Part shown: positions 6,039 through 12,530 of the stretch, in pieces | Numbering within the stretch: position 1 is the stretch's first letter | Layout: every line of letters begins with the position of its first letter | Source: Pseudomonadota bacterium | GTDB lineage: Bacteria > Bdellovibrionota > Bdellovibrionia > Bdellovibrionales > SG-bin7 | Length of the DNA stretch: 12,530 nt | NCBI GenBank assembly: GCA_034439715.1 | Contig: JAWXAY010000055.1 | Span: 1 to 12,530 of the forward strand | Direction: 5' to 3' | Position numbers and translations under genes: made by a program | Notes under the pieces: model-generated | Seen by the model: only the letters and a program-made list of their open reading frames with translations | Database searches by the model: none | Told to the model about the DNA's origin: nothing

Positions 6039-6934
6039 TGATTAAGTTTTTTACCGGTTTATTTCTTTTGATTTCGACGCCAGCTTGGTCAGGTGGCGAT
6101 GTTGTTAATAACGGCGCCGGGCTTGCTGAAACTAGATTTATAATTGTCTACACTAACTTAGAAGCTCACATTGAACTTTGTGTTCTATCAAAAACTTGTC
6201 GCCTGACCGCGATTGAATCCGAATTGCTTAAGAAAATTTACCATTCTATCGAGACGGAGCGAAAGACCAAGGATCAACTGCAATTTCGCAGTCAAAAAGA
6301 TGAAGACTTTGAAATTGACGGACAAATGAAGGTGGCAAAAACCGGTTCGCACATCGGAGATATTATATATATTAATTTAAATATGATTTATGAGAAAAAT
6401 GCTGAAGGCGCTGAACAGCCGCTTAGTGATTCTGAAACGCTGGCGATTTTAGTCCATGAAATGGGACATCATCATGGAGTTAAAGACGAAATTTTGCTAG
6501 ACAGTTTGGCGGCGAAAGTTCAAGCGAGTTCACAGGGTCGATCGCAACGAGTGGAGTTAGGTTATCTTGCGGCTAACGTTGCTTTAAGTGCGTTAAATTT
6601 TGGAAACTGGGAGCGCCATTCTCAGCTTTGGGCCTCTGACGGTAAACAATTAATTGATCTTAATTCGTTTGTTAAAGCGGCCATCCAGTGCCGACCAGGC
6701 ACATCCCTTCGGGGTTCAAATATTTCTAATCTTCATTGGAAATTAGAACCTCTTCATAAAGATAGACGTGTTATGACTTTTCAATCTCGTGCTTGGTTGG
6801 TTGGCTTCTGTCGTGGCCCTCGCGGTTGGGATAGGCCATTCGTGAGAAATGTTTTTTTAACTGACCTTACATTTAAGATCACTCCAGCCGGTTTGGAGTA
6901 TATTCCGGGGTCAGCAGGCCCGGGCAAATTTTAA
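6035..6934 (+). CDS. Secreted protein with an HExxH zincin-like motif
   Basis: Signal peptide ending AWS, mature start GGDVVNNGAG; LAILVHEMGHHHGVKDE (HEMGH at 6455-6469); ATGA overlap with the upstream gene; SD GGAG. Confidence 0.85.
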   Translation: MMIKFFTGLFLLISTPAWSGGDVVNNGAGLAETRFIIVYTNLEAHIELCVLSKTCRLTAIESELLKKIYHSIETERKTKDQLQFRSQKDEDFEIDGQMKVAKTGSHIGDIIYINLNMIYEKNAEGAEQPLSDSETLAILVHEMGHHHGVKDEILLDSLAAKVQASSQGRSQRVELGYLAANVALSALNFGNWERHSQLWASDGKQLIDLNSFVKAAIQCRPGTSLRGSNISNLHWKLEPLHKDRRVMTFQSRAWLVGFCRGPRGWDRPFVRNVFLTDLTFKITPAGLEYIPGSAGPGKF

Positions 6935-6959
6935 TTCGCGACACCAACGTTGAGGATCC

Positions 6960-7048
6960 TTGTAATAATTTTACAAATCATCGTTATCATGGCTAAGAAT
7001 TAAGCCATGTGTTATTGGTTCTGGCTAATTTTAATTCTAAAAATTAAA
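6960..7048. promoter_or_regulatory. Cluster of dyads upstream of the 7062 gene
   Basis: TTGTAA-N5-TTACAA (6960-6976), CATGGCT-N8-AGCCATG (6988-7009), TTTAATT-N5-AATTAAA (7030-7048). Confidence 0.4.
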
Positions 7049-7061
7049 TCAGGAGAAACCC

Positions 7062-7430
7062 ATGAAAAAAGTAATCATAGTGGCATTTGTGAGTCTAACG
7101 GCCATGTCAGCCTTTGCTGCTGATAGAAAAGTATTGTGTGTAGAGAGAAATATTCAAGATGCATTTTATTCTGCAGACTTTAATCTTATGACCCCAAAAG
7201 TAGATTTGTTTATCCCGTCTGGCGAGACAAGTGGAAATATAGTATCAGGTGAGTGTCGTCGTGACGAGGGTGCGATTGAATTATCACTGACTTGTAATGT
7301 GATGACTTCCTCAGATTCTGGATACGAAGTTAGACTATTCTCAACCGGTGGTCGCTCGTTACATTCAACTGTGACCCCCTGGTCGATGGCTGGAAAAGGT
7401 GAAACCATATCCCTTTCTTGTAGAAGGTAG
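7062..7430 (+). CDS. Small secreted beta-rich hypothetical protein (4 Cys)
   Basis: MKKVIIVAFVSLTAMSAFA signal peptide; SD AGGAG; Cys near both termini. Confidence 0.88.
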   Translation: MKKVIIVAFVSLTAMSAFAADRKVLCVERNIQDAFYSADFNLMTPKVDLFIPSGETSGNIVSGECRRDEGAIELSLTCNVMTSSDSGYEVRLFSTGGRSLHSTVTPWSMAGKGETISLSCRR

Positions 7431-7464
7431 GCTTAGGAAATTTGGCGAAGTAACTTAAGTGGTC

Positions 7465-7893
7465 TTACCTCGTAAAATTAAATTTACGATCAACCATTTT
7501 GAAGCCAATCATCCCAACAATCATACTTGCGAAAAAAAGAACGGGGCGACCATTAAGGCTTGCCAGAGACGTCAGTGCGGGGCCGGGACAATATCCAGAC
7601 AGCGCCCATCCCACACCGAAAATGAATGAGCCGATGACAAGCGGAACAGTGACCTTTCTCTTCGTTGGCAAGTGCCACTGGTTCGAGAAAACAGGCAGCT
7701 TTCGCTTAAGTATTATTCGATACGTCACTAAGTGGATGGCAATTGCACCGATCATAACAAAAATGAGCGAAGCATTCCAGTTTCCGAAAATATCTAAAAA
7801 GCCAAAAACCTTTTCCGGCTGAGTCATCCCGGAAATCCCAAGGCCTAAAGAGAAGAGTAAACCTACAAATAGCGCTGCAATTTTATTTTTCAT
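7465..7893 (-). CDS. YeeE/YedE family sulfur-compound transporter subunit (GxCPGP type)
   Basis: GLGISGMTQPEKVFGFLDIFGNWNASL and IFGVGWALSGYCPGPAL motifs; 4 TM segments. Confidence 0.93.
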   Translation of the reverse strand: MKNKIAALFVGLLFSLGLGISGMTQPEKVFGFLDIFGNWNASLIFVMIGAIAIHLVTYRIILKRKLPVFSNQWHLPTKRKVTVPLVIGSFIFGVGWALSGYCPGPALTSLASLNGRPVLFFASMIVGMIGFKMVDRKFNFTR

Positions 7894-8315
7894 TGGTAGA
7901 TATTCAAATTCCTAAAGAGAACAACAGCGAAAATTCCGGCAGCCATAAATGTAAGAGTTGCGACTAAAGAACGTGGAGACAGTCTACTGATTCCACAAAC
8001 CCCATGACCGCTTGTGCAGCCGCTTCCAAGTACGGTGCCAAACCCAACCAGTATGCCAGCTACGACAAGTGTCCAGTTAGCTGTTGGTAGAATTCCGGCA
8101 AACGCTTGTGGACTAATCACTTTTAAAATGAATCCGCCAAGAAGCATCCCGGAAATAAAACACCAACGCCAAGAAATTTCACCCTTCTCAGGTGCAATAG
8201 TTGCCCCATAAATAATCCCACTGATTCCTGTCACTCTTCCATTCAAGAAAAGCATAAGCGAGGCAGCTAGTCCAATGAGGGCACCTCCCAACAGCGGCAT
8301 TATATATTCGGTCAT
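7890..8315 (-). CDS. YeeE/YedE family sulfur-compound transporter subunit (GCTSGH type)
   Basis: GGALIGLAA...NGRVTGISGI and LVGFGTVLGSGCTSGHGVCGISRLSPRSLVAT motifs. Start moved to ATG 8315 (SD AAAGGTG). ATGA overlap with its partner at 7890-7893. Confidence 0.93.
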   Translation of the reverse strand: MTEYIMPLLGGALIGLAASLMLFLNGRVTGISGIIYGATIAPEKGEISWRWCFISGMLLGGFILKVISPQAFAGILPTANWTLVVAGILVGFGTVLGSGCTSGHGVCGISRLSPRSLVATLTFMAAGIFAVVLFRNLNIYQ

Positions 8316-8403
8316 AGCATCACCTTTCTTTTTTTCTACTGGGATATTCCCTAACCCTATAGCATGTATTCGTGAGATACGCGTGACATTTCTAAATTTA
8401 AGG

Positions 8404-8469
8404 CGTGGTGGTTCATCTACTCTATCAAGTGGTGCGCGAGTCGAACAAGTAGACGAGCCGCTGACCACG
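8404..8469. other. Extended imperfect stem-loop upstream of the YeeE/YedE pair
   Basis: CGTGGT/ACCACG and GGTTCATCTACT/AGTAGACGAGCC pair around a 26-nt interior; the function is unknown. Confidence 0.5.
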
Positions 8470-8583
8470 GTTATATTTGAATTCGCAGCCTATCCAGAAG
8501 CCAAAGCCCCACTCAATATGATCAAACGTGATAATTGCATTGTTGACATCTTTCAAATACGGTTTGATTGCGCACCTAGTCTG

Positions 8584-9060
8584 CTAGCTCAGGGCCTTGG
8601 CCCGGCAATGGAATATGAATTTTAAATTTTCTTTCTGGCTTAAATATTCAATTTTAAGCTCCTGACTATCAAAGGGAATATTTCGAATTAGTTTATGAAA
8701 AGAATCGATCGTCGGATAGTCAGGCGGCAAAAACCCCCAGAGAATTCCCGATACAGAAATGTGTAGCAGCTTTTTGTCGCAAGCAGCAGCGAAAACCTGG
8801 AGGTCGAGCCTTTTCGTTTTGTCCACTTCGAATCTTTTTCCGCTCCCAATCTCAGGATTGGAATCATCCCCCTTTTTGTACTTCTCCGCAAAATCATGGG
8901 CAAACGTTTGGCCGTTGTATAGAGCGGTCAATTTGCAACTCAAAATACCGACTTCACAATCAGTGGGATTTTTGGTGCACAAACAGTCTTCCAACTGAGC
9001 GTTTGATGGACTAACGTGAAAAGAAAAAATGATGAATAACCCGATCAACGAAATTTTCAC
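8584..9060 (-). CDS. Secreted Cys-rich hypothetical protein (6 mature Cys)
   Basis: GTG start; signal peptide ending SNA; no well-placed SD. Confidence 0.78.
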   Translation of the reverse strand: MKISLIGLFIIFSFHVSPSNAQLEDCLCTKNPTDCEVGILSCKLTALYNGQTFAHDFAEKYKKGDDSNPEIGSGKRFEVDKTKRLDLQVFAAACDKKLLHISVSGILWGFLPPDYPTIDSFHKLIRNIPFDSQELKIEYLSQKENLKFIFHCRAKALS

Positions 9061-9088
9061 TAAGTAAACAGAGGTAGTCTCCTACCTC
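9061..9088 (-). terminator. Terminator-like hairpin between the fourth and fifth cassette genes
   Basis: GAGGTAG-GAGA-CTACCTC followed by TGTTTACTTA on the minus strand. Confidence 0.6.
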
Positions 9089-9111
9089 CGCTCCAGCTCA
9101 TACCTAATAAC

Positions 9112-9531
9112 CTATCTATTTAAAGTAATTTCTTTATCCACACACTCAGTGAACATCTTTATCCGTTTCATTGGTATATTTACCAAGTCGTGAACGCCCG
9201 TAAACTTAACTGAACAAGTTCGCAAAGCGCTCTGTTCCGCTTGAGTGCCACGATAATTTATGGCTTGAAAAGAGCAAAATAAACTATTTTCTTCACGAAT
9301 AACTTGAGGAAATGTGTTGTTGTGCCCATGGTCAAAATCTGGATGTGTTGCCGCTGGTAGGCACCGGCAATCAAAGCCCCCAGCAATCTTCATCTGCTCG
9401 ATTACGGGAAAATCATCGTCCTCATATCGAAAGCTACCGTCTGATAAATCACGACATTCTTCTATTGCAAAAGACTTTTGCGCAAGAAGCACAGAAAAAC
9501 ATAGAACTGTTAACACTATAATTTTTTTCAT
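9112..9531 (-). CDS. Secreted Cys-rich hypothetical protein (6 mature Cys)
   Basis: MKKIIVLTVLCFSVLLAQKSFA signal peptide; SD AAGGAGG. Confidence 0.87.
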   Translation of the reverse strand: MKKIIVLTVLCFSVLLAQKSFAIEECRDLSDGSFRYEDDDFPVIEQMKIAGGFDCRCLPAATHPDFDHGHNNTFPQVIREENSLFCSFQAINYRGTQAEQSALRTCSVKFTGVHDLVNIPMKRIKMFTECVDKEITLNR

Positions 9532-9583
9532 TTAAGCCTCCTTTTTGGCTACGTAACTCATTATAAAAAACTTACTACGGATG

Positions 9584-9988
9584 CTATTGGCTGCATGGCA
9601 CGACCACATCGGTGGGATCACAATAGTAGCTATAACCCCGATAACTCTTCGTGTATCCGGTAGGGCATTGTCCTTCAGAGGAGGAAGGAATTGGCTGTCT
9701 TTGCGATCTATTCACACAAACCACTAGATCGCAATAGTAGCTGTACCCTCGATATGACAATTGATAACCTACGGGACAAGAATTTGAAACGGGAGATTTT
9801 GAATCTATTGTTTTTCGTATTACGTCAGAATAACAATAGTAAGAGTAGCCAGCATAGCCTTTAGTGTACCCTGGCGGACACGGCGAATGAGCATCCGAAG
9901 GGATTTGTTCATTGGCGCGCGCAAGGAAGGGGAGAGACAGAACTATCACTATCAATCCTATTTTACTTACCGTAAAACTTTTATTCAT
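9584..9988 (-). CDS. Secreted protein with three CPxGYxxxYxGYSYYC repeats
   Basis: Signal peptide ending ARA; 16-aa repeats at 9833-9880, 9731-9778 and 9620-9667; SD GGGGA. Confidence 0.88.
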   Translation of the reverse strand: MNKSFTVSKIGLIVIVLSLPFLARANEQIPSDAHSPCPPGYTKGYAGYSYYCYSDVIRKTIDSKSPVSNSCPVGYQLSYRGYSYYCDLVVCVNRSQRQPIPSSSEGQCPTGYTKSYRGYSYYCDPTDVVVPCSQ

Positions 9989-10023
9989 AAAATCCCCATT
10001 AAAATCTGATTTTTAGAAGCCTT

Positions 10024-10611
10024 TTATTTTGCCTCAAAACAGTTTAATAACTGCTGGAAATCCCCTGGCCCTGCGAAAATAATGCGGTATACTTCAGAGT
10101 CAAGAGTCAGTTTTCGAGCGCATTTCCACTTTTTTTCTCCCTCCAAATCGTAGTCAGGATGAATGGTACACATAGGATTTAGATGGCTTTCCTCATGGGC
10201 CTCCACAATATTTTTAGAAGCGCTGGTCGAGATATAAGAATGGTCAAGGTGAACGCTTGGGATCTTAAAACATTGATTTACAAAATCTGGATCAACAATC
10301 GATGGTACCTCGGCAATACATTCAAAAAGACCATCTAAATCAGTGAGTTTAAACTCATGACTGTTTTCATCAGAATTTAAGGAATATTTTTGAATACATG
10401 CATCTACAGACCTACGGCTTACAAACTTCGCATCTTCGTCATCAGTAAACTGCGCCAGAGCCGCTTTTTCTAGAGCCACATTACCGACCCGACAGCTCGT
10501 GCCTACGACTTCACCTAAAGTAAGGCATTTCGAATTTTGACTCTCGTAAGCAGTTCCGCTCTGAGTGCAGAATAAACTAATCAACAGAATAGCTATTTTC
10601 ATATTTTTCAT
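10024..10611 (-). CDS. Secreted Cys-rich hypothetical protein (8 mature Cys) with an HEESH motif
   Basis: SD AAGGAG is best spaced for ATG 10611; signal peptide ending GTA; IVEAHEESHL. Confidence 0.85.
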   Translation of the reverse strand: MKNMKIAILLISLFCTQSGTAYESQNSKCLTLGEVVGTSCRVGNVALEKAALAQFTDDEDAKFVSRRSVDACIQKYSLNSDENSHEFKLTDLDGLFECIAEVPSIVDPDFVNQCFKIPSVHLDHSYISTSASKNIVEAHEESHLNPMCTIHPDYDLEGEKKWKCARKLTLDSEVYRIIFAGPGDFQQLLNCFEAK

Positions 10612-10669
10612 TTTCAATTCTCCTTTTTTGAAATTGCGATCTATATTTAATTAAAAATCACTTCCCAGT

Positions 10670-11293
10670 TCAGCCTCCGCCCGGAAAATCAGGTTGACCA
10701 CAATTCGGATCTTTACAATCACCAGTCCCTTTTGGAATTCCAAGAGCACCGCGGGTCAAACGTGAGCCGTAAAGATCACTTAGTTTTTGGGCCATTTCTC
10801 TGATCGACGCTTCGGTGCAGTCCTTATGGCCATAGTACTCCTCACTACAGGTAACTTCAAAAACCACTCCCAGGGCAGTATTACGTCTCCTGTTGTCTTG
10901 AGTAACTACTTGCGTGATGAATGGCGGATTTATTCTTTTTTTATCATATCTAAAAATAATTGCGTCGTCATTAGCGTCTGTTTCAAAATTTAAATAACCG
11001 ACTATGCCATTTCTCTGAAAAATACCTTTCGCAGCAAAATCGGATTCAGTGACGATATTATTTACCGTACACCTAAATCGATACCCCGATAAGTTGGCAC
11101 TGAAGGGCACCACCTCACCTAGCCCATTGCCCTCAGCGCATGAACCGATGAGCTTTCCGACCGGCGTAAAGTCGAAATCGGTTAACCCTGCGCTATCCGT
11201 AACGTAGACCCTTGTGATTTCTGCCAAGGCAAAATTGCATATAAAAAACTGAACAACTGTTATTGCCAGATAAAGTAACTTGGTTCTAAACAT
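10670..11293 (-). CDS. Secreted hypothetical protein (6 mature Cys), first gene of the cassette
   Basis: SD GGAGG; signal peptide ending ALA. Confidence 0.87.
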   Translation of the reverse strand: MFRTKLLYLAITVVQFFICNFALAEITRVYVTDSAGLTDFDFTPVGKLIGSCAEGNGLGEVVPFSANLSGYRFRCTVNNIVTESDFAAKGIFQRNGIVGYLNFETDANDDAIIFRYDKKRINPPFITQVVTQDNRRRNTALGVVFEVTCSEEYYGHKDCTEASIREMAQKLSDLYGSRLTRGALGIPKGTGDCKDPNCGQPDFPGGG

Positions 11294-11361
11294 TTTCTAC
11301 CTCCCGTTTTACGCGATGATTCGCAGGGAATACTTATAATTCATTTAAATCACCCGGGGTA

Positions 11362-11378
11362 TATACTAAATATGTATA
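11362..11378. promoter_or_regulatory. LysR-type regulator binding box
   Basis: TATAC-TAAATAT-GTATA = ATAC-N7-GTAT (T-N11-A), between lysR and the divergent cassette; a second dyad TATC-N8-GATA lies at 11383-11398. Confidence 0.75.
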
Positions 11379-11411
11379 CAGGTATCGTAATAATGATATA
11401 TAGGGACCGAG

Positions 11412-12320
11412 ATGTTATTAGACCACTTGGAAAAATTGAGACATTTCAATGGAGTCGTGCGAACCGGCTCAATACGCAAGTACTCGGTAGTAAATAAACT
11501 GTCGCAGCCGGCTATTTCTAAACATATTCAGATTCTGGAGGCTGTCTTAGGACAAAGTCTACTTATTAGGACGCGAGAAGGTATTTCGACGACCTTTGCT
11601 GGGCGCAAACTTTTTAACTTCACTGAACGGTTACTTAACGATTGCAGCCAGGTAGACCAAGATATTCGTAAAAAAAATTTAAAACAATTTTCTGGTGAAC
11701 TTACAATGGGAACCTACCAGAGTATTGCTGTTTACTTTCTACCCCGGCTCTATCGCTATCTTCGCCAAGAACAAAAAGGCTTGCGTTTGAATATCGTAAC
11801 CTCTTCGAGTTTTGAATTAGTAAAATATTTAAAAAGTGGCCAAGTTGATTTTATTATTTCAGTGAACCCCCCAAAATCCAAAGAGCTTTTAACCGAAGTG
11901 CTTTATGAAGACACGTTTTCACTTTACAAAAAAGTGGGATCAAAAATCTCTTATTCAGACGCACTGATTTTTACGATTTCACATGTTGCCGCCGATGGTA
12001 AGGACTCACTTTTTTCTAAACTAAAAGAGTTAAAAATGAGCCGGTTCATCTCCACTTGCGGCGATTTAGAAGTTGTTAAGGCGATGCTAGAAGCCGACCT
12101 GGGCTATGGGATTCTCCCCGAAAAGGTTGCCGAATCCGCAGTAGCTTCTGATAAAATCGAGCGAGTCATCGAAGCAAAACAAGTCGCGAATATTTTAAAG
12201 CACCAAGTGGCACTTTCCTATAAGAGACATCGGGCTGGGGATTCATCTTTGATTTGGATGTTACGGGAGACGTTAGCGATGACTAAGACGTCGTATCCAA
12301 ATCCGAATTTTAATCTTTAA
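11412..12320 (+). CDS. LysR family transcriptional regulator
   Basis: LSQPAISKHIQILEAVLGQSLLIRTREGISTTFAG wHTH; GELTMG...LP substrate-binding domain; VKAMLEADLGYGILP; 302 aa. Confidence 0.96.
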   Translation: MLLDHLEKLRHFNGVVRTGSIRKYSVVNKLSQPAISKHIQILEAVLGQSLLIRTREGISTTFAGRKLFNFTERLLNDCSQVDQDIRKKNLKQFSGELTMGTYQSIAVYFLPRLYRYLRQEQKGLRLNIVTSSSFELVKYLKSGQVDFIISVNPPKSKELLTEVLYEDTFSLYKKVGSKISYSDALIFTISHVAADGKDSLFSKLKELKMSRFISTCGDLEVVKAMLEADLGYGILPEKVAESAVASDKIERVIEAKQVANILKHQVALSYKRHRAGDSSLIWMLRETLAMTKTSYPNPNFNL

Positions 12321-12353
12321 TCAAGGGAGGGCGCCTTAGAAGAAATTTGTTTG

Positions 12354-12379
12354 ATATCAGATATCTCTTTATCTGACAT
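12354..12379. terminator. Hairpin between the convergent lysR and rhodanese genes
   Basis: TCAGATA-N6-TATCTGA (extends to 10 bp with a G-U pair on -); AT-rich with no clear U-tail. Confidence 0.3.
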
Positions 12380-12431
12380 GGGCACTGGACTTGCCAATTC
12401 AGTGGCGGGAACCAAAACTAATCTCTCTTGA

Positions 12432-12530
12432 TTACGAATTCTTATTCCAGCCCGCGATACCTTCTTTGAAGTGTTTAATATTTTTGTAGCCAAGCTTACA
12501 TGCTTTGCGTGCGGCTTTCTGCCACGCCGA
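12432..12530 (-). CDS. Rhodanese-like domain protein, C-terminal end only
   Basis: Manual translation ...SAWQKAARKACKLGYKNIKHFKEGIAGWNKNS*, the typical rhodanese C-terminus (GY.N+....G+.GW). The active-site Cys would lie just outside the window. Confidence 0.85.
   Translation of the reverse strand, partial: SAWQKAARKACKLGYKNIKHFKEGIAGWNKNS

Noticed and set aside
8349..8476. attC site (ATATAAC...GTTAGGG on -)
   Set aside because: The L boxes are not complementary, the element does not recur between the cassette genes and there is no integron integrase in view.
8421..8540. SAM-I riboswitch (CTATCAAG and CTATCCAGA resemble its 5' end)
   Set aside because: Wrong strand for the transporter genes, and the GAGGGA/GGCAACC/GGTGC core elements are not present in order.
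8275..8625. 116-aa + strand ORF and the 51-aa N-terminal extension of the YeeE gene (8468-8316)
   Set aside because: The + ORF overlaps two real genes in antisense. The extension is not family-like and ATG 8315 has an SD. A decayed-gene origin cannot be fully excluded.
12317..12529. Longer open frame on - (RRGRKPHAKH...KAPSLD*)
   Set aside because: The overlapping frame ending at 12432 gives a clear rhodanese C-terminus.

Overview
An AT-rich bacterial window with no RNA genes, transposases or CRISPR arrays. A TIGR02147-type regulator plus many orphan signal-peptide proteins points to Bdellovibrionota (inference). It has four blocks. (1) 576-3831: a divergent general-stress-type cluster (CsbD, DUF883/ElaB and a 2-TM protein on -; OmpA-domain lipoprotein, DUF1328 and a small secreted protein on +). 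Each arm is preceded by a sigma54 -24/-12 motif, with a pair of candidate enhancer sites between them. (2) 4084-7430: orphan secreted proteins around a TIGR02147/DUF4423 regulator, including a prepro-cationic Cys-rich peptide and an HExxH protein. (3) 7465-8315 and 12432-12530: a YeeE/YedE sulfur-transporter pair and the C-terminus of a rhodanese. (4) Lying between these sulfur genes (8584-12320): a LysR regulator divergent from five co-oriented, unrelated Cys-rich secreted proteins, with a perfect ATAC-N7-GTAT box in the intergenic region. Family calls come from motif recognition by eye; no searches were run.
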